NCBI GenBank assembly: GCA_964187785.1
Contig: OZ076416.1
Span: 25,110,001 to 25,174,000 of the forward strand
Reading direction: 5' to 3'
Source of the DNA: Amphiscolops sp. MND2022
Taxonomy: Eukaryota
DNA: 64,000 bases
Of the stretch, positions 27,101-39,599 are shown piece after piece. The notes beneath the pieces are model-generated. The model was not told where the DNA came from. It worked only from the letters and a program-made list of their open reading frames with translations, and did not search any database. The translations under genes and the position numbers were made by a program. The stretch's first letter is position 1, and each line of letters opens with the position of its first letter.

Positions 27101-28565
27101 ATGAGGCAACGCGCAAACACGTCAATGATACGTTTGTGCCGCGGAAAGCCAACAAACAGCCCAACCACATTCGACACAAAATAGGATGGCTTCAGCGTGT
27201 TGAGCCTCTTCTTCCTCACTAAAAAACACACACCGAAAAGTCACACCCAAAGAATTTATAAGAAATGTCTGACCTGTCTCTCCCAATAATTACCTTGGCT
27301 TACCATAGAAAAACGCGAAAAACCACACTAGTACCTACACTACCTTCCAAAACGAAATGATAGTAGAGATAGTCTTAACACTTAAGCTTAACCCCCCAAG
27401 TTAGTACAACATTGCATGTGATCTTGAGAATAGTTACCAGGTCTTGGAGCTGCGGACGTCCCGACAACAGGATTCTCAACTGCAGCAACCGAACCAGGCC
27501 CACCTGAACACAGTCGGCACGTGAGAGCTAGTCCCGGAGACACTGCGCACAGGAACGGTACCGTGACTGGTCAATTCCACAGAAGACAACTCGATGGAAG
27601 GAGTGAACCCACGAGGCGTCCCATCCACACGCTGATTCCCGATGACCTCTTGCAGCGCAGTCTTGAAAGTGTGCCAGAACTCATCAACACGAAGAGCCCC
27701 AACAGTCCCGATTTCCCCCAAAGAAGATTCCAGAATAGCTTTGGTCAACTCCCGAACGCTTTTTTCCATTCGGGCCTCTACACGACTCAGAAGATCGTCC
27801 AAGGACAAGACAGCACAGTCCTCGACACCTAAAACCAACCTGACATTCTAGATTATCGCAAATTGATTAATTCCCTAACCAACTGAAGCTAATTCTACGG
27901 CGACACACAACACACCAAGGTCATACATGTTACGCGAACCTACAGGAGTGTTAAACCAGAAGAACTAACGTGCTACTAACCTAATTGAGATTCCATCAAC
28001 TGATGCACTTGCTCGCCCAAGACAGCTGGAGGAGCCTCACTTGTTTGACCACCCCTCTGCGGGAAAGCACGGATGTACTCCAACAAGGTCGACACGTCTA
28101 CGTCGCCTACGACCCGAGAAAAAAAAACAATGAAACAACCATCTCACCACGATACCCCCTAGAATACACTAGCGCCCAAAAGAATTACAAATGACTGGAC
28201 CACTACGATGCAGCGCCCATACTCCCAATGCACAAATCCGGGAAAAATGGAAGAAAAAGACTCGAGCAAAAGAAAGTAGTCACTGACAAGTGACGACGAG
28301 AATGATACAAAAAATAGTACTCACGGAAGTCTTCAGATAAAGCAAGTTCTAGCAACTCGCTCATACCCCCTAGGGATGACGAAGTCACACGCCCAGCGAA
28401 CTGACAGCAAGGCGGGTTTAAATTCGCAGCTTCTGTGGCCAACGCTTCTTCAGACGATGACTCGATACTCGAAGCCATTTCTTCAATATCCTGATAGCTT
28501 CGTTCGGCAAGGGATACCAGCGACCACAAATCAGGATCAAAGGAGGAACCGCCCAGATCGGACAT
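24159..28565 (-). CDS. Inferred 7-exon antisense gene inside element B: BED zinc finger plus hAT-transposase-like protein (about 1,090 codons; two frameshifts in this copy)
   Basis: Exons 28565-28325, 28106-27981, 27828-27438, 27218-26656, 26492-26004, 25831-25621 and 25409-24159, all bounded by GT..AG. C-x2-C-x16-H-x5-H motif in exon 4. See findings. Confidence 0.72.
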
Positions 28566-29465
28566 GCGACGATAAGTAATAAACTACGTAAAGGGGACGA
28601 ATGACTACTCAACAATTCAGTGCTGGTGAAATCGAATATGTGGCCTGATCAACTACATTTTCTTGTATTACTAGCCTTACTTAGTAGTCAAAAGTTACCA
28701 CGATGGATGGTTCTGAATGCAAAAATCAATCCACGGAAATATCAACAGAGAAGAATCATCTCTGATCACAGTAGTCGTTTTTTCTACCCTACTTATCGAA
28801 CAAAACCTATCTGACCAGAACATATTCGATCCCAACCTCGAAAACACGCAGTGGTGAGAAGGGACAAGAAAAAATGATGGGAACAATCAACAATCAATAG
28901 ACAATAATCAAAGAATTAACGGAGAATAACAGTAATGAACAGCAACAAAAGTTTGAACAGCACTGATGCTAACGACAATTGAGCACGAAACTACCAACTG
29001 CTGCAGCTATGATTTGTTTACACAAGCACGAGTAGCGGAAACGGAAAACGAAATGCACGACTCTCTGCATCAAACGTGTTTACTCTTCCGAGAATGAGCC
29101 GACTGCCGCGGCCATTGCTCCTTTACTATTTACTTAATACGATACTTTCTCTCATCAAGCGCACGACCGGATGACGTGGCATACCGAATTCAACTCAGCA
29201 CTACCTACTTCCACTCTTCTACACCAAGATGCACATGACGTCACAGTCCGATGCTACTTCCGCTTACTCGACGGTAAACCAATAACTGCTTCCATTCAAC
29301 GACGACTACCAACCGCAGTCGTTACATGACGAAAAGTTTCATCCAATACACACGACAGCTACCTGCCCCCCTGCTATCCAAACCTTCCAGCCACCGAGCT
29401 AATCAACCTTCCTCAATCACGATTATTAATCAACATTAATTCAGAGCTCCCGCCAACTTCCTTTC

Positions 29466-29477
29466 AAAGAGGCGGAG
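29466..29477 (+). promoter_or_regulatory. Polypurine tract of element B
   Basis: AAAGAGGCGGAG directly precedes the 3' LTR TGTCA. Confidence 0.8.
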
Positions 29478-30687
29478 TGTCATACCGGTTGGTATGAATT
29501 ATAACGACTGAAGAATGAAGTCTTCACCAACCGACTGAAACATTTAAAACACAAACATTTTAAACATATGTAGATGCATACAATGGACGACTGTACTATG
29601 CAGTCGTCACCCCAATTTCACCAATGTCACAAATTACCAGTGTGCTTCGACACTTTTTACAAGAACATATTTTCCTTTCACCTGTTTAGCAATAACGACT
29701 AAAACAGATAGTCGAATTCAGCAACCTTTATGTGCAATATATGAAACTTTCACACAAACGACTGGCATATCCGGTTGTACCTTTACTTAAACATACATGC
29801 AGTTTTTTATATTTAAATCATCAATAGCCCAATTACTAGAACATCGTTTAGTTCACCAATAGTCATTTTGCATCGTTTAGTTCATAAATACTCAATCAGT
29901 CAAAACTGTGCGAAATTACCAGCAACGACTTCGATCAATAGTCGTCCCTTTGTATTTAGTGCTAATTAGAGCAATTTTACCGACGATCAAATGCAGTAAT
30001 TATATCCAGCACTTCAATCATTAGTACGCGCTGTGAAGTTACAAGGTAAATGATGCATACTGGTGCGATAATAGAGTGAAAGTACCGAAGTGGTAATTAA
30101 CAACGACTGAAGTGACCAGTCGTACGAGATGTACCATGAAGTGCTAACAGCAGGTTAACTAAGTGACCAGTTGAGAAGAGACTCAAATAATCAAGTGTGA
30201 TTAACGAGTAATTACGAGTTTGAAGGTGCTACGATAAGTTAAAAATCCAGAGATTAGAACTTTGCTACTGTAGAATCCAGTCGTTACTTTAACAAGCGCT
30301 TTACAATATTCTTATTCACAAACTTACACTTCATAATTTAAACTGCTTCAAACTATAACTTTTCAATCATGGTAAATACTCGGTCGAGATTTAACAGAGA
30401 AAGTAGAATCGAACAATCTGGAACTAACAGTTATTCCGATAACGAAGACAACATGAGTGTTGCTGACCATTTCGGTGAAAATATCCTGGAAAATGAGACT
30501 GAAAATGACATGAGAGAGATAGAGAGGGACCACGAAAATCATAGATTTGAACAACGTTTCTTGGAAATGAATCGCCAAATCGGAGAACTTACCAGCATTG
30601 TGAAAGCCCTTACTGATAGATTATCGAATAGTAGGGAAGAGAACAACAGAGACGTACTTAACTCAGAGACGTCCGCTCGTTCTGACA
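29478..30687 (+). repeat. 3' LTR of element B (1210 bp)
   Basis: Direct repeat of the 5' LTR, followed by TSD CCTAC. Confidence 0.97.
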
Positions 30688-30770
30688 CCTACGAACCACT
30701 GACGACAAGTTTTTTAGAACCTTTTGAGTCAGTGCCTGAAACTTCTCGACGTCAGTCAGGACGTGAATGA
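30369..30770 (+). CDS. LTR-encoded gag N-terminus reading out into flanking DNA (133 aa chimeric ORF)
   Basis: Matches gag 16189.. up to SARSD, then gains 27 codons starting at the LTR end and running into the flank. Confidence 0.5.
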   Translation: MVNTRSRFNRESRIEQSGTNSYSDNEDNMSVADHFGENILENETENDMREIERDHENHRFEQRFLEMNRQIGELTSIVKALTDRLSNSREENNRDVLNSETSARSDTYEPLTTSFLEPFESVPETSRRQSGRE

Positions 30771-31489
30771 TTCAGGAGTTTTTTGCCATTGCGATTACAG
30801 AGGCGGCGAAAACCTCCAATCTCGAGAAATTTGGGAATAAGATGTGTTCGCTTACAAATTTGAAATAGTTCAACGCAATTTAGTTCACAAAGTGTTAACT
30901 ACAGAACCGTTCAAAACACACCAAGTTATACAAAAACCAGAAATATAGTGCAACCGCTCAGCCAATGAAAATGTCAACCAGCACACCGGGAGTCAAAACC
31001 CTGTGGATACATCAATTTTCTTAGACCCTTTCGTAAGGAACTAGTTGAAAACAAAAACAGCAAAATGTTGAAAAATACATCCTTCGCTATCCAACAATAT
31101 AAAGATCTTACAGTGAATGACGCTACTGTAGTTCATCAACGAAAGGTTTTGTTCAATCGGCAGAAGACTCACTGCTGCATTCGATGACGTTCCGTTCACT
31201 GCTGATGGTATTCATGGTTCCGAAAATTCACTTCTCTTTTATCCAACTGAAAGTGATGATAAGTTCCCAAATCATAAGCCCTAATAACCATACAATATCA
31301 GACGACGAAAGAAGAAATAGTTAATTCTAGCTCCATAGGTATTTTTTAGTCGGCGCTTTTCGTTTAAACGCAGACTGTAGCACTGGCTTTTTTAAGACCA
31401 ACAAAGTGACGGATTTCATCAGCTTTATAAGCTGGCTTCCACTAACAGGCGCTATAAACTAATACTTCTACTGGCACTTGGCATAGAGG

Positions 31490-31860
31490 TTAATTAGAAT
31501 TTTTTGAGGTCTGCCGAGCAGAAGGACGTGGGTTCGAGTCTCGCCCTTGACTAAAATTTTTTGTGCATATTGTTTCGGCTTTGTGACAAGTTTTTTCCGC
31601 AAATTTTTTTAATGTCTCCAAAGGGTCCCCCTTCAATTTTTTTCTATTTTGCAACAGAATGGATGTTCAAAAAATCCCAAAGGATTTACATTTTTGACAC
31701 AATGCGACCTACCGGAGACATCAAAAAAGTTTAGAAAAAAATTTTGGACATTTTTTTTTCAATCGGGTACTGTAGAAGAAAATACTTGACACTTTGAAGT
31801 CCTTTTGCTATTTTTGAACCTTGGATATAGAGCCGAGTTGGGCCGTTCCCGGCTTGTTAT
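31490..31860 (+). mobile_element. SINE-like repeat, same family as 14535-15230
   Basis: B-box GGTTCGAGTC at 31531; shared AAGGGT..CC body motif and GGGCCGTTCCCGGCTTG tail. Confidence 0.5.
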
Positions 31861-32879
31861 AAGTTAACTTCGATAACAGTAGAGTGTTTTCCAAGGTCCT
31901 CAAATATGCAAAAAGGTACCAATCTACACAATCTACATGTTTGTTGAAAGTCTCCTCGCGAAAATTACCGACCCTTGATCTGTTCTGTTTGTTTCGAAAA
32001 AAACCTTCAAGAGCGTTCTATTTAATAACCTAAGTTAATTTTTCAGACACGAAAAACTTGCTGTTTCCTAGGCATTTAGGCTTCAGTTCTAAAAACAACT
32101 TATCTCACTTATTGCTGAAATTACGGAACTAATTCGAAGTAAGTTTCAATCTCAAAAACTTTTGTCTTTTGTTCAATCTTCAAAACGTTTTTAAAACAAG
32201 GATCATACGTACTTGTTTGAAATCGGAAACATATGATATTAACATAGGTTTGAGCTTGGATTGGTTCAGATCATTTTTTAAGAGGCGAAATCGAAGTGCT
32301 CTAACAAACGATGAAAACTGGAAACCATGAATCATTCAGTTTGGAGTACCTCAAGGATCACAATCGAGGTCCAGCATTTTCTGGTTTAAATGAGAATGAC
32401 TGTCCGAACTCAAGTTGAACTTTGCTAACCCCAGGACATCATCATTCGTCCCTATGTAGGGGCAAATTGAATATCAATCTTGTTTTCAAAATGAAGAAGA
32501 ATTAAAACCACGATGGATTTGTATGAACAAATCGACTCTTCACATTGATGAAAAGCGGTTGGTTCTTTTCTTCAGTTGCTGAGACAAAACTGTTTCAATG
32601 GAAAACGAAGCAAGCGAAGCGCCTGGGTGTCCTAATTGAACTTCTTCTATGAAACCCACATCCATAGAGAAAAAAGTTATTTTTCGCCCCCACAAATTTA
32701 TTTGTGAATGGGGGAGGAAAATCATAATCTGTGTTACGTTTTTTACCAATTCTGCCAAATCTCCACAATCTCCATCCACTTCACTTAGTTACTTGACTAC
32801 TTTAGTTACTTGACCATTTTACTGCTAGTATTTACTATATTACTAGTAACTATAATGGTCAAGTACCTACTATAGTTAC

Positions 32880-32950
32880 TTTGGCGCTCAGTTTGTAGTG
32901 CGTCTGCCTGGCAGACACGAGCTCGTGGGTTAGAACCCGTGCTCATGCGT
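32880..32950 (+). mobile_element. tRNA-derived SINE head (not a functional tRNA)
   Basis: TGGCGCTCAG A-box-like and GGTTAGAACCC B-box-like motifs at tRNA spacing; no intact cloverleaf. Confidence 0.4.
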
Positions 32951-33197
32951 TACATTTTGGTAAAAAAATATCCCGGTGCTTAGTGTGAGTCTTGTTCGTC
33001 ATTTATCCGTTATTACACGGCTCATACATTATTGTATTAGCACTATAGTCTGAAGATAGTAGAGCTTGTGTATGAAACCCGTCACATAACATGGATTGTT
33101 GATGAATGAATGCACTAATAAAAAACAAGAAAAAAGTTGTTTTGCTCATCCAGAGAGGAATTAGACCTTTTTTGAAATGCAGAAGCTATAGCTTCCC

Positions 33198-33963
33198 CAG
33201 TGTTCGAAGCCATGGAACGCTTGCCATGGTCATGGTTAATCTTGCTCAATCATGGTTAACCATGGTACCCTTGTCAAGATATGGCAAATCATGAAACATG
33301 GAACGCTATTCAAGACCATGGCAAGATCATGGCGAGATCATGGCGAGATAACTTGAGCTGCTTTTTATTAAATAATTTATTCTTTTCACAAAAATTTCTT
33401 GTCGTCTCCAATTTCCGCATGAGCCGTTGTGATAACTTCGGACATAACCTTTATTAATCGAAAACTGTTTTTTAAACTGAAAAGTATACAATACTTTTCA
33501 ATAATTTGCTGCACCTATTGACCGAGTTTTGTTACTTGAGAGCACGGCATCGTTACTAATATGAATTATCATACAAAGCAAACTCCGAGTCAAGTTATTG
33601 CAACTTGCGGGTTTGCGATATTGGTGTGAGAACCATCTTTCTAGCTATTATTTGGTAATCTTGCGAAAACCTCACCTATTGAGGTAACGTGTTGAAGCTA
33701 CTGAAATTCGAGAATGCAATAGAAACTAGTGCAATAAAAATGAATAGAATTAGAAAATAAGAGTTACCAAAAACCGCGATTTGCTACCATGAAACCCTTG
33801 TCAAGAACATGGTTAATCTTGGCATCCTTGCCAAAATCATAGTTAGCCTTTGCACGATCTTGCATAGCCATGGTAGCCTTGCCAAGATCTTGCGATGATC
33901 TTGGCAAGGCTAGCAAGGAACTTGCCATGGATCTTGGCAAGAATACCATGGCTTCGAACACTG
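33198..33963. mobile_element. MITE-like element with 18-bp TIR and CATGG-rich subterminal repeats
   Basis: CAGTGTTCGAAGCCATGG (33198-33215) and CCATGGCTTCGAACACTG (33946-33963); no convincing TSD. Confidence 0.7.
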
Positions 33964-34901
33964 CATATCGAAAAAGGTATAATTCCTCTCTGGATGAACA
34001 AAACAACTTTTTTCTTGTTTTTTTTCTAGTGAATTCATTATATATATAATGATAACATGAGAGCGGAATGGTGAAGCTTTTTTACTTTTTTTCTTTGAAT
34101 TTTTGGAATTATCGTTGCATTTAGACAGACTGAAGTGAACACGAAGACGCTTCTCCTTCATTTAAACTCAACTCTCACTCGAAGCGTTTCCTGCAATTTT
34201 TTGTCACATACCCGACTCACCGTCCTCAGTGGGGCGTCATATACGTTACTGCAGAATCTTTTACCACAAACTAAAGACCAGCTTCATTTTTCGAACAAAG
34301 TTGGTCCGCATTATTTGCCAAATCCAGCCAGCTTTTTATTAGCTGATTCCGGCGTTTTTAGATACTTTCGGCATTGCCCTCAAACCAAAGATATTGCTTA
34401 TCTTGAATTCCTTTTATAGTTTAGTAATATACGTAACAGGCAAGAGCTTGTCAACAGTCTCATTTAGTGAGTTTTCTCATGAAGTTTTTTCTCTGGAACG
34501 TTTTTCCATGCAGAAAATGGTTTCTCAACGCAATTTAAAGAGCTGCTGTAAAAGAAAGCATACCTATCTCAGCTGCTTTCATGACATTTTTCAACCATCG
34601 CTATGTTTCGAGCATCAAACAGTTCCTTTTTTTCTTCCAAAATTTAGCGAAATTATTCCAAAGGTACTTCTGCCTGGTTTCTGTGTTGTCCGTCATTTCA
34701 TCCATGAAACCATCTGTTTCGTCGCCCTAACCTTTTTGGAATTCTTGGCCTCGCTTTCGAAACATTGTCAAATAAACACATCATATTGGCTGCGAATCCG
34801 CAATCTTTTACAATTTGGGTAAATTTCATCGCCTTCACTGTCCGTACTGCTGCAACAGAATCTTCTTCTGGTATTTTGAAATTTTGATAACTTGCAGAAG
34901 G

Positions 34902-35795
34902 TTAGTTGTCGCAATCTATTGAGATCTCCCTATTCAAACCTCTATGACTGCTGAATTTTGGATTTTTCTTGATGTTGTTTTGTTGGTCTTGCGGGCCAAA
35001 ATGCTCTCCTGAGTCATTGTCCGGTCTAGTGGACCTGTGGGCCGATACACCACTACAGCATTTAGAGCCTCTGTCTGGTCCTGTGGACCTGCAGTCCACT
35101 TGGCCATATCGGTCTCCTGGGTTTTCATCCAGTCTATTGGACTGGTGGTCCGTTTGACCTGGATAGACTCTTAGGCCCCTATCTAGTTGTCTGGACTGGT
35201 GTGTCGTATGGCCAGATTGATTCCTTCGGCCCTTGATATTTAGTCCTTTGGACCAGTGGTCCATACTATTGGGATGATCTGTAAGGCCCTCATTAAGTCC
35301 ACTGGACTGGTGGTTCATATGGCTAAAATAATCTTCGGGGCTCCTGTTTAGTCTACCGGACTGGGGGTCCCTAATTGTGTCTGATCCCAAATTCTGAACT
35401 CCTAGTACGTTTTGTATGCTAGGAAGTGCCTTTTCAGCAATTGCTGAGTTGATAACTTTAAAAATCTGTATATTTAAGTCACTTCTAATCTCATCTAGTT
35501 TCCTTGTCACTTGTGATGTGATTTCATTATTTATCAGCCGTGCGGTCTCAAGGTTAATTTCACTGTTTTCCCTACTATTTGTATTATTCAGTGACCTGAA
35601 GTCTTCACTGATAGGATTTGCAGTTTGAAGGCCATTAGACTAAAGGTCTAACTCAGTCTCTTTTTCTCCTAACTGACTGTCTAACTCATTTCTAGAGTAA
35701 TTTCCTAACATTATATCCACATTTTTCAAGTCAGACGTCACGTCCGATTGTCTTGACCTTTTCTCCTTAGCCTTTTGCTTTCTTGTTGAAGGCAT
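34902..35795 (-). pseudogene. LTR-borne gag N-terminal ORF (about 297 codons, one in-frame TAG) with about seven 18-aa repeats
   Basis: ATG at 35795 is in frame with track ORF 34902-35510; TAG near 35640 (ELDL*SNGLQ). Confidence 0.75.
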
Positions 35796-36686
35796 TTAAA
35801 GAATTAATTCTTCTGGAGAGAATATATTGAGCTTTTATCAATTAACTAAACTTGAACTGAAAGGAAGTGAAATCAACAGAATAATAGCAGAGATGTGTCA
35901 AAGAGAAACAATTTGTGCTTTTTGGTTTATATCGTTGTATTCAAGGATTTTTGAGTCCTACGGTCTACGGGGGTTGGCTATTTATAGTAAATAGAGCCTT
36001 AGCGGCAAAATATTGGTGGTCATGATTCTAAAAATAGCAACTCTCATGGGTAAAAATAGCCTTGATGTCTGACGTCAATATTACATAATTATTAGGTCAT
36101 ACCTAAGTTAGCATCGGCTGGGGTCTGATTCTTTAAATAGAGCGGGGGGACTGCAAGGCGGTCAGCCTTTCAAGTTTATAGTTGATGGTTTGAATGACAA
36201 GCACTTGTTTACCTAACACTCTATATGTGAATAATACAGCATGGCGGACTAACAGTCCGCTAGACCAGGTAATATTAGCAAACACAGCATATTTGACTGG
36301 TGGTACGTACAACTAGAGAATACTAGCACGTGATTGGCTAATAATCAAAATGGACTGCGCGTCGAACTGGACAAAGTGAATTTCACTTTGAACGCGTTTC
36401 CTTTATAGCATACAGCTTAATTACAGTACCTGTTTCAAGTATCAATCTAACAAGCATCGATCATCTTTTTCTGGTTTACATTAACACTAGTATATGTTAC
36501 ATGTCTAATAACAGTAATCTAAAATAATTTACATACTGAACATACTGATTCAAGTCTAAAAGTTTAAGACAAAGGGACCAATGGTCCAACTAATCACAGT
36601 GGTAGGACTCCGGGTATGTAGGGACAAGTGACTGTCGTTGGGGGCCACTTGGTACTTGTTTCCGTCACAGGCGGCAGCCTGCGACA
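34907..36686 (-). mobile_element. Solo LTR (1780 bp) of a gypsy family related to element A
   Basis: TGTCGCA..TGCGACA termini, TSD TTAGT (34902-34906 and 36687-36691); internal ORF MPSTRKQKAK.. is homologous to the gag start of element A, MPFTRRQKAK.. Confidence 0.92.
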
Positions 36687-39599
36687 TTAGTCCTCTGTTA
36701 CTAAGAAGTGTAACTACTTTTAGCCAAGTGCCAAACAGGTTCCAAACCCCAGCGCTAGTTAATTCCTCAGTTAAGAACGCGTAATATCTTTTACCACGAA
36801 ACTCTGTCTTATCGTAGCATTTGAAAAATTAGGCCCGAAAAGATATTTTTTTGCTTTGTAATTTTTGACACCAAAATTAACTGACAGAAGAAAACAGATG
36901 TAAAAAAACTAAAATGGCTCTTTAGAACCTTCATCATCACGTTAGCTGCGTGGTGCCGCAAGGATGAAATAGAAGTAGAGCTTGCCGGAAGTACACTGTA
37001 AAACAAACTGCAAGGTGTAGAAGATATAGCTTTTTGTCAACTATGAAACTGGAAGTAGAGAAGGAATTATTTACTATGTAAACAAACAACTCATAGACAT
37101 ACTTTACCGGAAGGCAATATCCACTGAAAATTAACCGAAATGTAGTCAACTTGAAGAAAAACGAAAAAAGGCACTAATTGAGCTGGACCTGCTTTTCCGG
37201 CAGTGTCAGGCAATGCTGGGAATCATTTTTTACTGCTAATTATCAGTATATTGAGGAGAAAGAACTCGAGAAACTGCTTATACGTTCAAATGTGACCCTT
37301 CGCTTGACGATGATTTTGAGCCGAATTGTCCTCCGCCGTCTCACCAAAATGTCAATAGTGATGGTATTCATAATTCGTGAATGAGTGGCAAGTTGAACGT
37401 TTTGAAGATTCAAGTGGAATAGCAATCGTGTGTCGATACGAACGTGACCAACAGACTAAAGACGATGCACGTGATGAAACAAAAGCCGTAAAAGTATCTT
37501 TTGGAAAAAAAAAGTTTTGGAGCTGAAGCAAAAACTTCTGGACAAAATCGTTTCGAACGATGGTGAAAAGTGGAACAACTGCATTAGTAATAGAAATTCG
37601 TGAACAAATGCAGTGGCACAATCTAACGCTAACGCGTATACTCAACTGAGCAATGGCCACCGCAAGCAATTAGAGAAAAGAGTTTGGAAGTTTAGACCTT
37701 GCTCAAACCCACTACATGGAATGGACGAAAGTGTTCAATTGAATCCAAATGGCATCCCATATGCAAAAATTTTGAGAAGCATTTGCAGAGGAAATATCTT
37801 CGATGGAATCGCGAATGGATTCTTCAGCAGCACAAACAAGAATAAGTTTTGAAAAAGGACCGGTCTCATTGGAAAAAATGTTACGCAACGTGAATCTTTT
37901 GGACAAAGGAATTTACTGGTGAAAAACCAGAACCAGATGAAATTTCGAATGATGAGAAATTGAGTGTATTAGAGAACGCGCATAAATTGAAGAGGCTAAT
38001 GAGCAGTGGAATGCTATTGAAGATAGATGAAACGCATTGTCGCGCAGATATTGAGAAACTGACTTGAAAGAATGTCGAATTATCTTGGAAATTTTTTTTC
38101 GGATCTCAGCTGATTCATCAGAGCTGAATTACACAAGTGAAAGCATCATTAGTTTAATTTGTCAAGCGTCCTACAGCCGGAAACGTGGCTCAACACAAGC
38201 GACGTGGGACGTTGATGTTGAACATTCTGACAAATGGGATTATCAAATCGAACGACAAAACAGTTTTGGCAAAACTTTTAGTGGGAAATAGAATGATGTG
38301 GAAATCAATTGTATTGACAGTGGGCTGCAAGAAAAACAAAGAACAAGTGGTAGATCAAATGGGAACAGAACAAACAACCCACATATATGGCACAGGAAGA
38401 GGAAATTCTACAATGAAAGCGAAATCGATTACAAAGTGAAAAGTCATGGAGTGAAACAGGCACCCTTGGTCTATGGAAGTGACTTTCGGGAGAACAAAAG
38501 GCCGGCGATAATGGCACCAGTCAATTGCAAGTTCGGAAACTGAAATTCGAACATGACTGATGAAAATAACAACTTGGAACACTTTTAAACATTGTCAAGA
38601 TTTTTCTTGGAAAACTTTTGCTTTTAGCAAAAATGACCATGTACAGAAAAATACCGCCCCCTTTTTTGGAGAAGCACTTACCCAACTACCTCAAGACTTA
38701 GCATGTTTAAATTAGAGGTGCTAACTCAACCCGTATCTCTTTGGGCTCCGAGCAATTAGCACCGGAAGTGGTGTAAGTTGACCCCCTCAATATTCAATTT
38801 CGTGATTTAAAAAATGTGATTATTGTTTGTGACCTTTTGGAAATTGTAACTTTGTTTTAATTATTTATTTTTACCATGTGTAACTATAGTTTCGAGCCCA
38901 CCTAAGAATCTTGCCAAAACCGCCACATAGTTTGTTTACGTAACCAATAACTTCATATTATGCTCCGAATGACAATAATTCACATTTATTTATACTCGCT
39001 TTATATTTACTGAAGAATTGTGAACAATATTTAAACCAATACCAGCTAGAGGTTTTAACGACTGCGTAGCTGTAGTTAAGGTGGGTCTCAAGACCTTGAG
39101 ACTGGTTAACTTTACAGATCTTCACAATTTTTAGCTAGAGTCAGAGCGAACAGGTAGTTACTCTCGTAGCTGGAGAGTTGGAGCGTGTGAAGATACAGAG
39201 CGGGATGTTGGTGATCGATGTAAGAAAATCTTTGCTAGTGTGAACTGGGATCGCAGGTATTCCTACGGGTCATACCGGACCCACCAGCTACAAGTAACAG
39301 TGCTTTGCGAACATAAAAACCAGGATTCTTTAATCACTGTCCGCAAACGTAAACAACGGATCAGGACGACGTAAAAATTGTCAAGCTTCACCGCAAGATG
39401 AGGGCATGGAGCCGTTACAGTAAGGTCGAAAATCATCACGTTCTTTTCCTTCCTGTATCACATCACAAAACTCCTCAAAAGTGTAAGGAAATTCGGTCCT
39501 GTTTCCTTGTTCGATTTGTCATCAGAGTTTTGTGCTCATGAAATTTTAAACCTTGAAAATTTTTCTACATTGGTGTTATCCGAGAAGTAAACTTTCCTC

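Larger units (their letters stand above)
15299..30687 (+). mobile_element. Full-length Ty3/gypsy LTR retrotransposon B (15,389 bp) with antisense cargo gene
   Basis: Two 1.2-kb LTRs (TGTCA..TGACA), 5-bp TSD CCTAC (15294-15298 and 30688-30692), PBS, gag, pol and PPT. Confidence 0.97.

Noticed and set aside
34100-34900. Possible DNA-transposase remnant on the minus strand, interrupted by the solo LTR
   Set aside because: Many stops, no confident catalytic motif and no TIR found.
37100-38550. Decayed gag/protease remnant (VEINCIDSG resembles a protease motif)
   Set aside because: Heavily interrupted with only one weak motif; needs a translated search to support.
38879-39116. Short solo LTR (TGTAAC..TTTACA)
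   Set aside because: Flanks CCATG and GATCT do not form a TSD and there is no second copy in the window.
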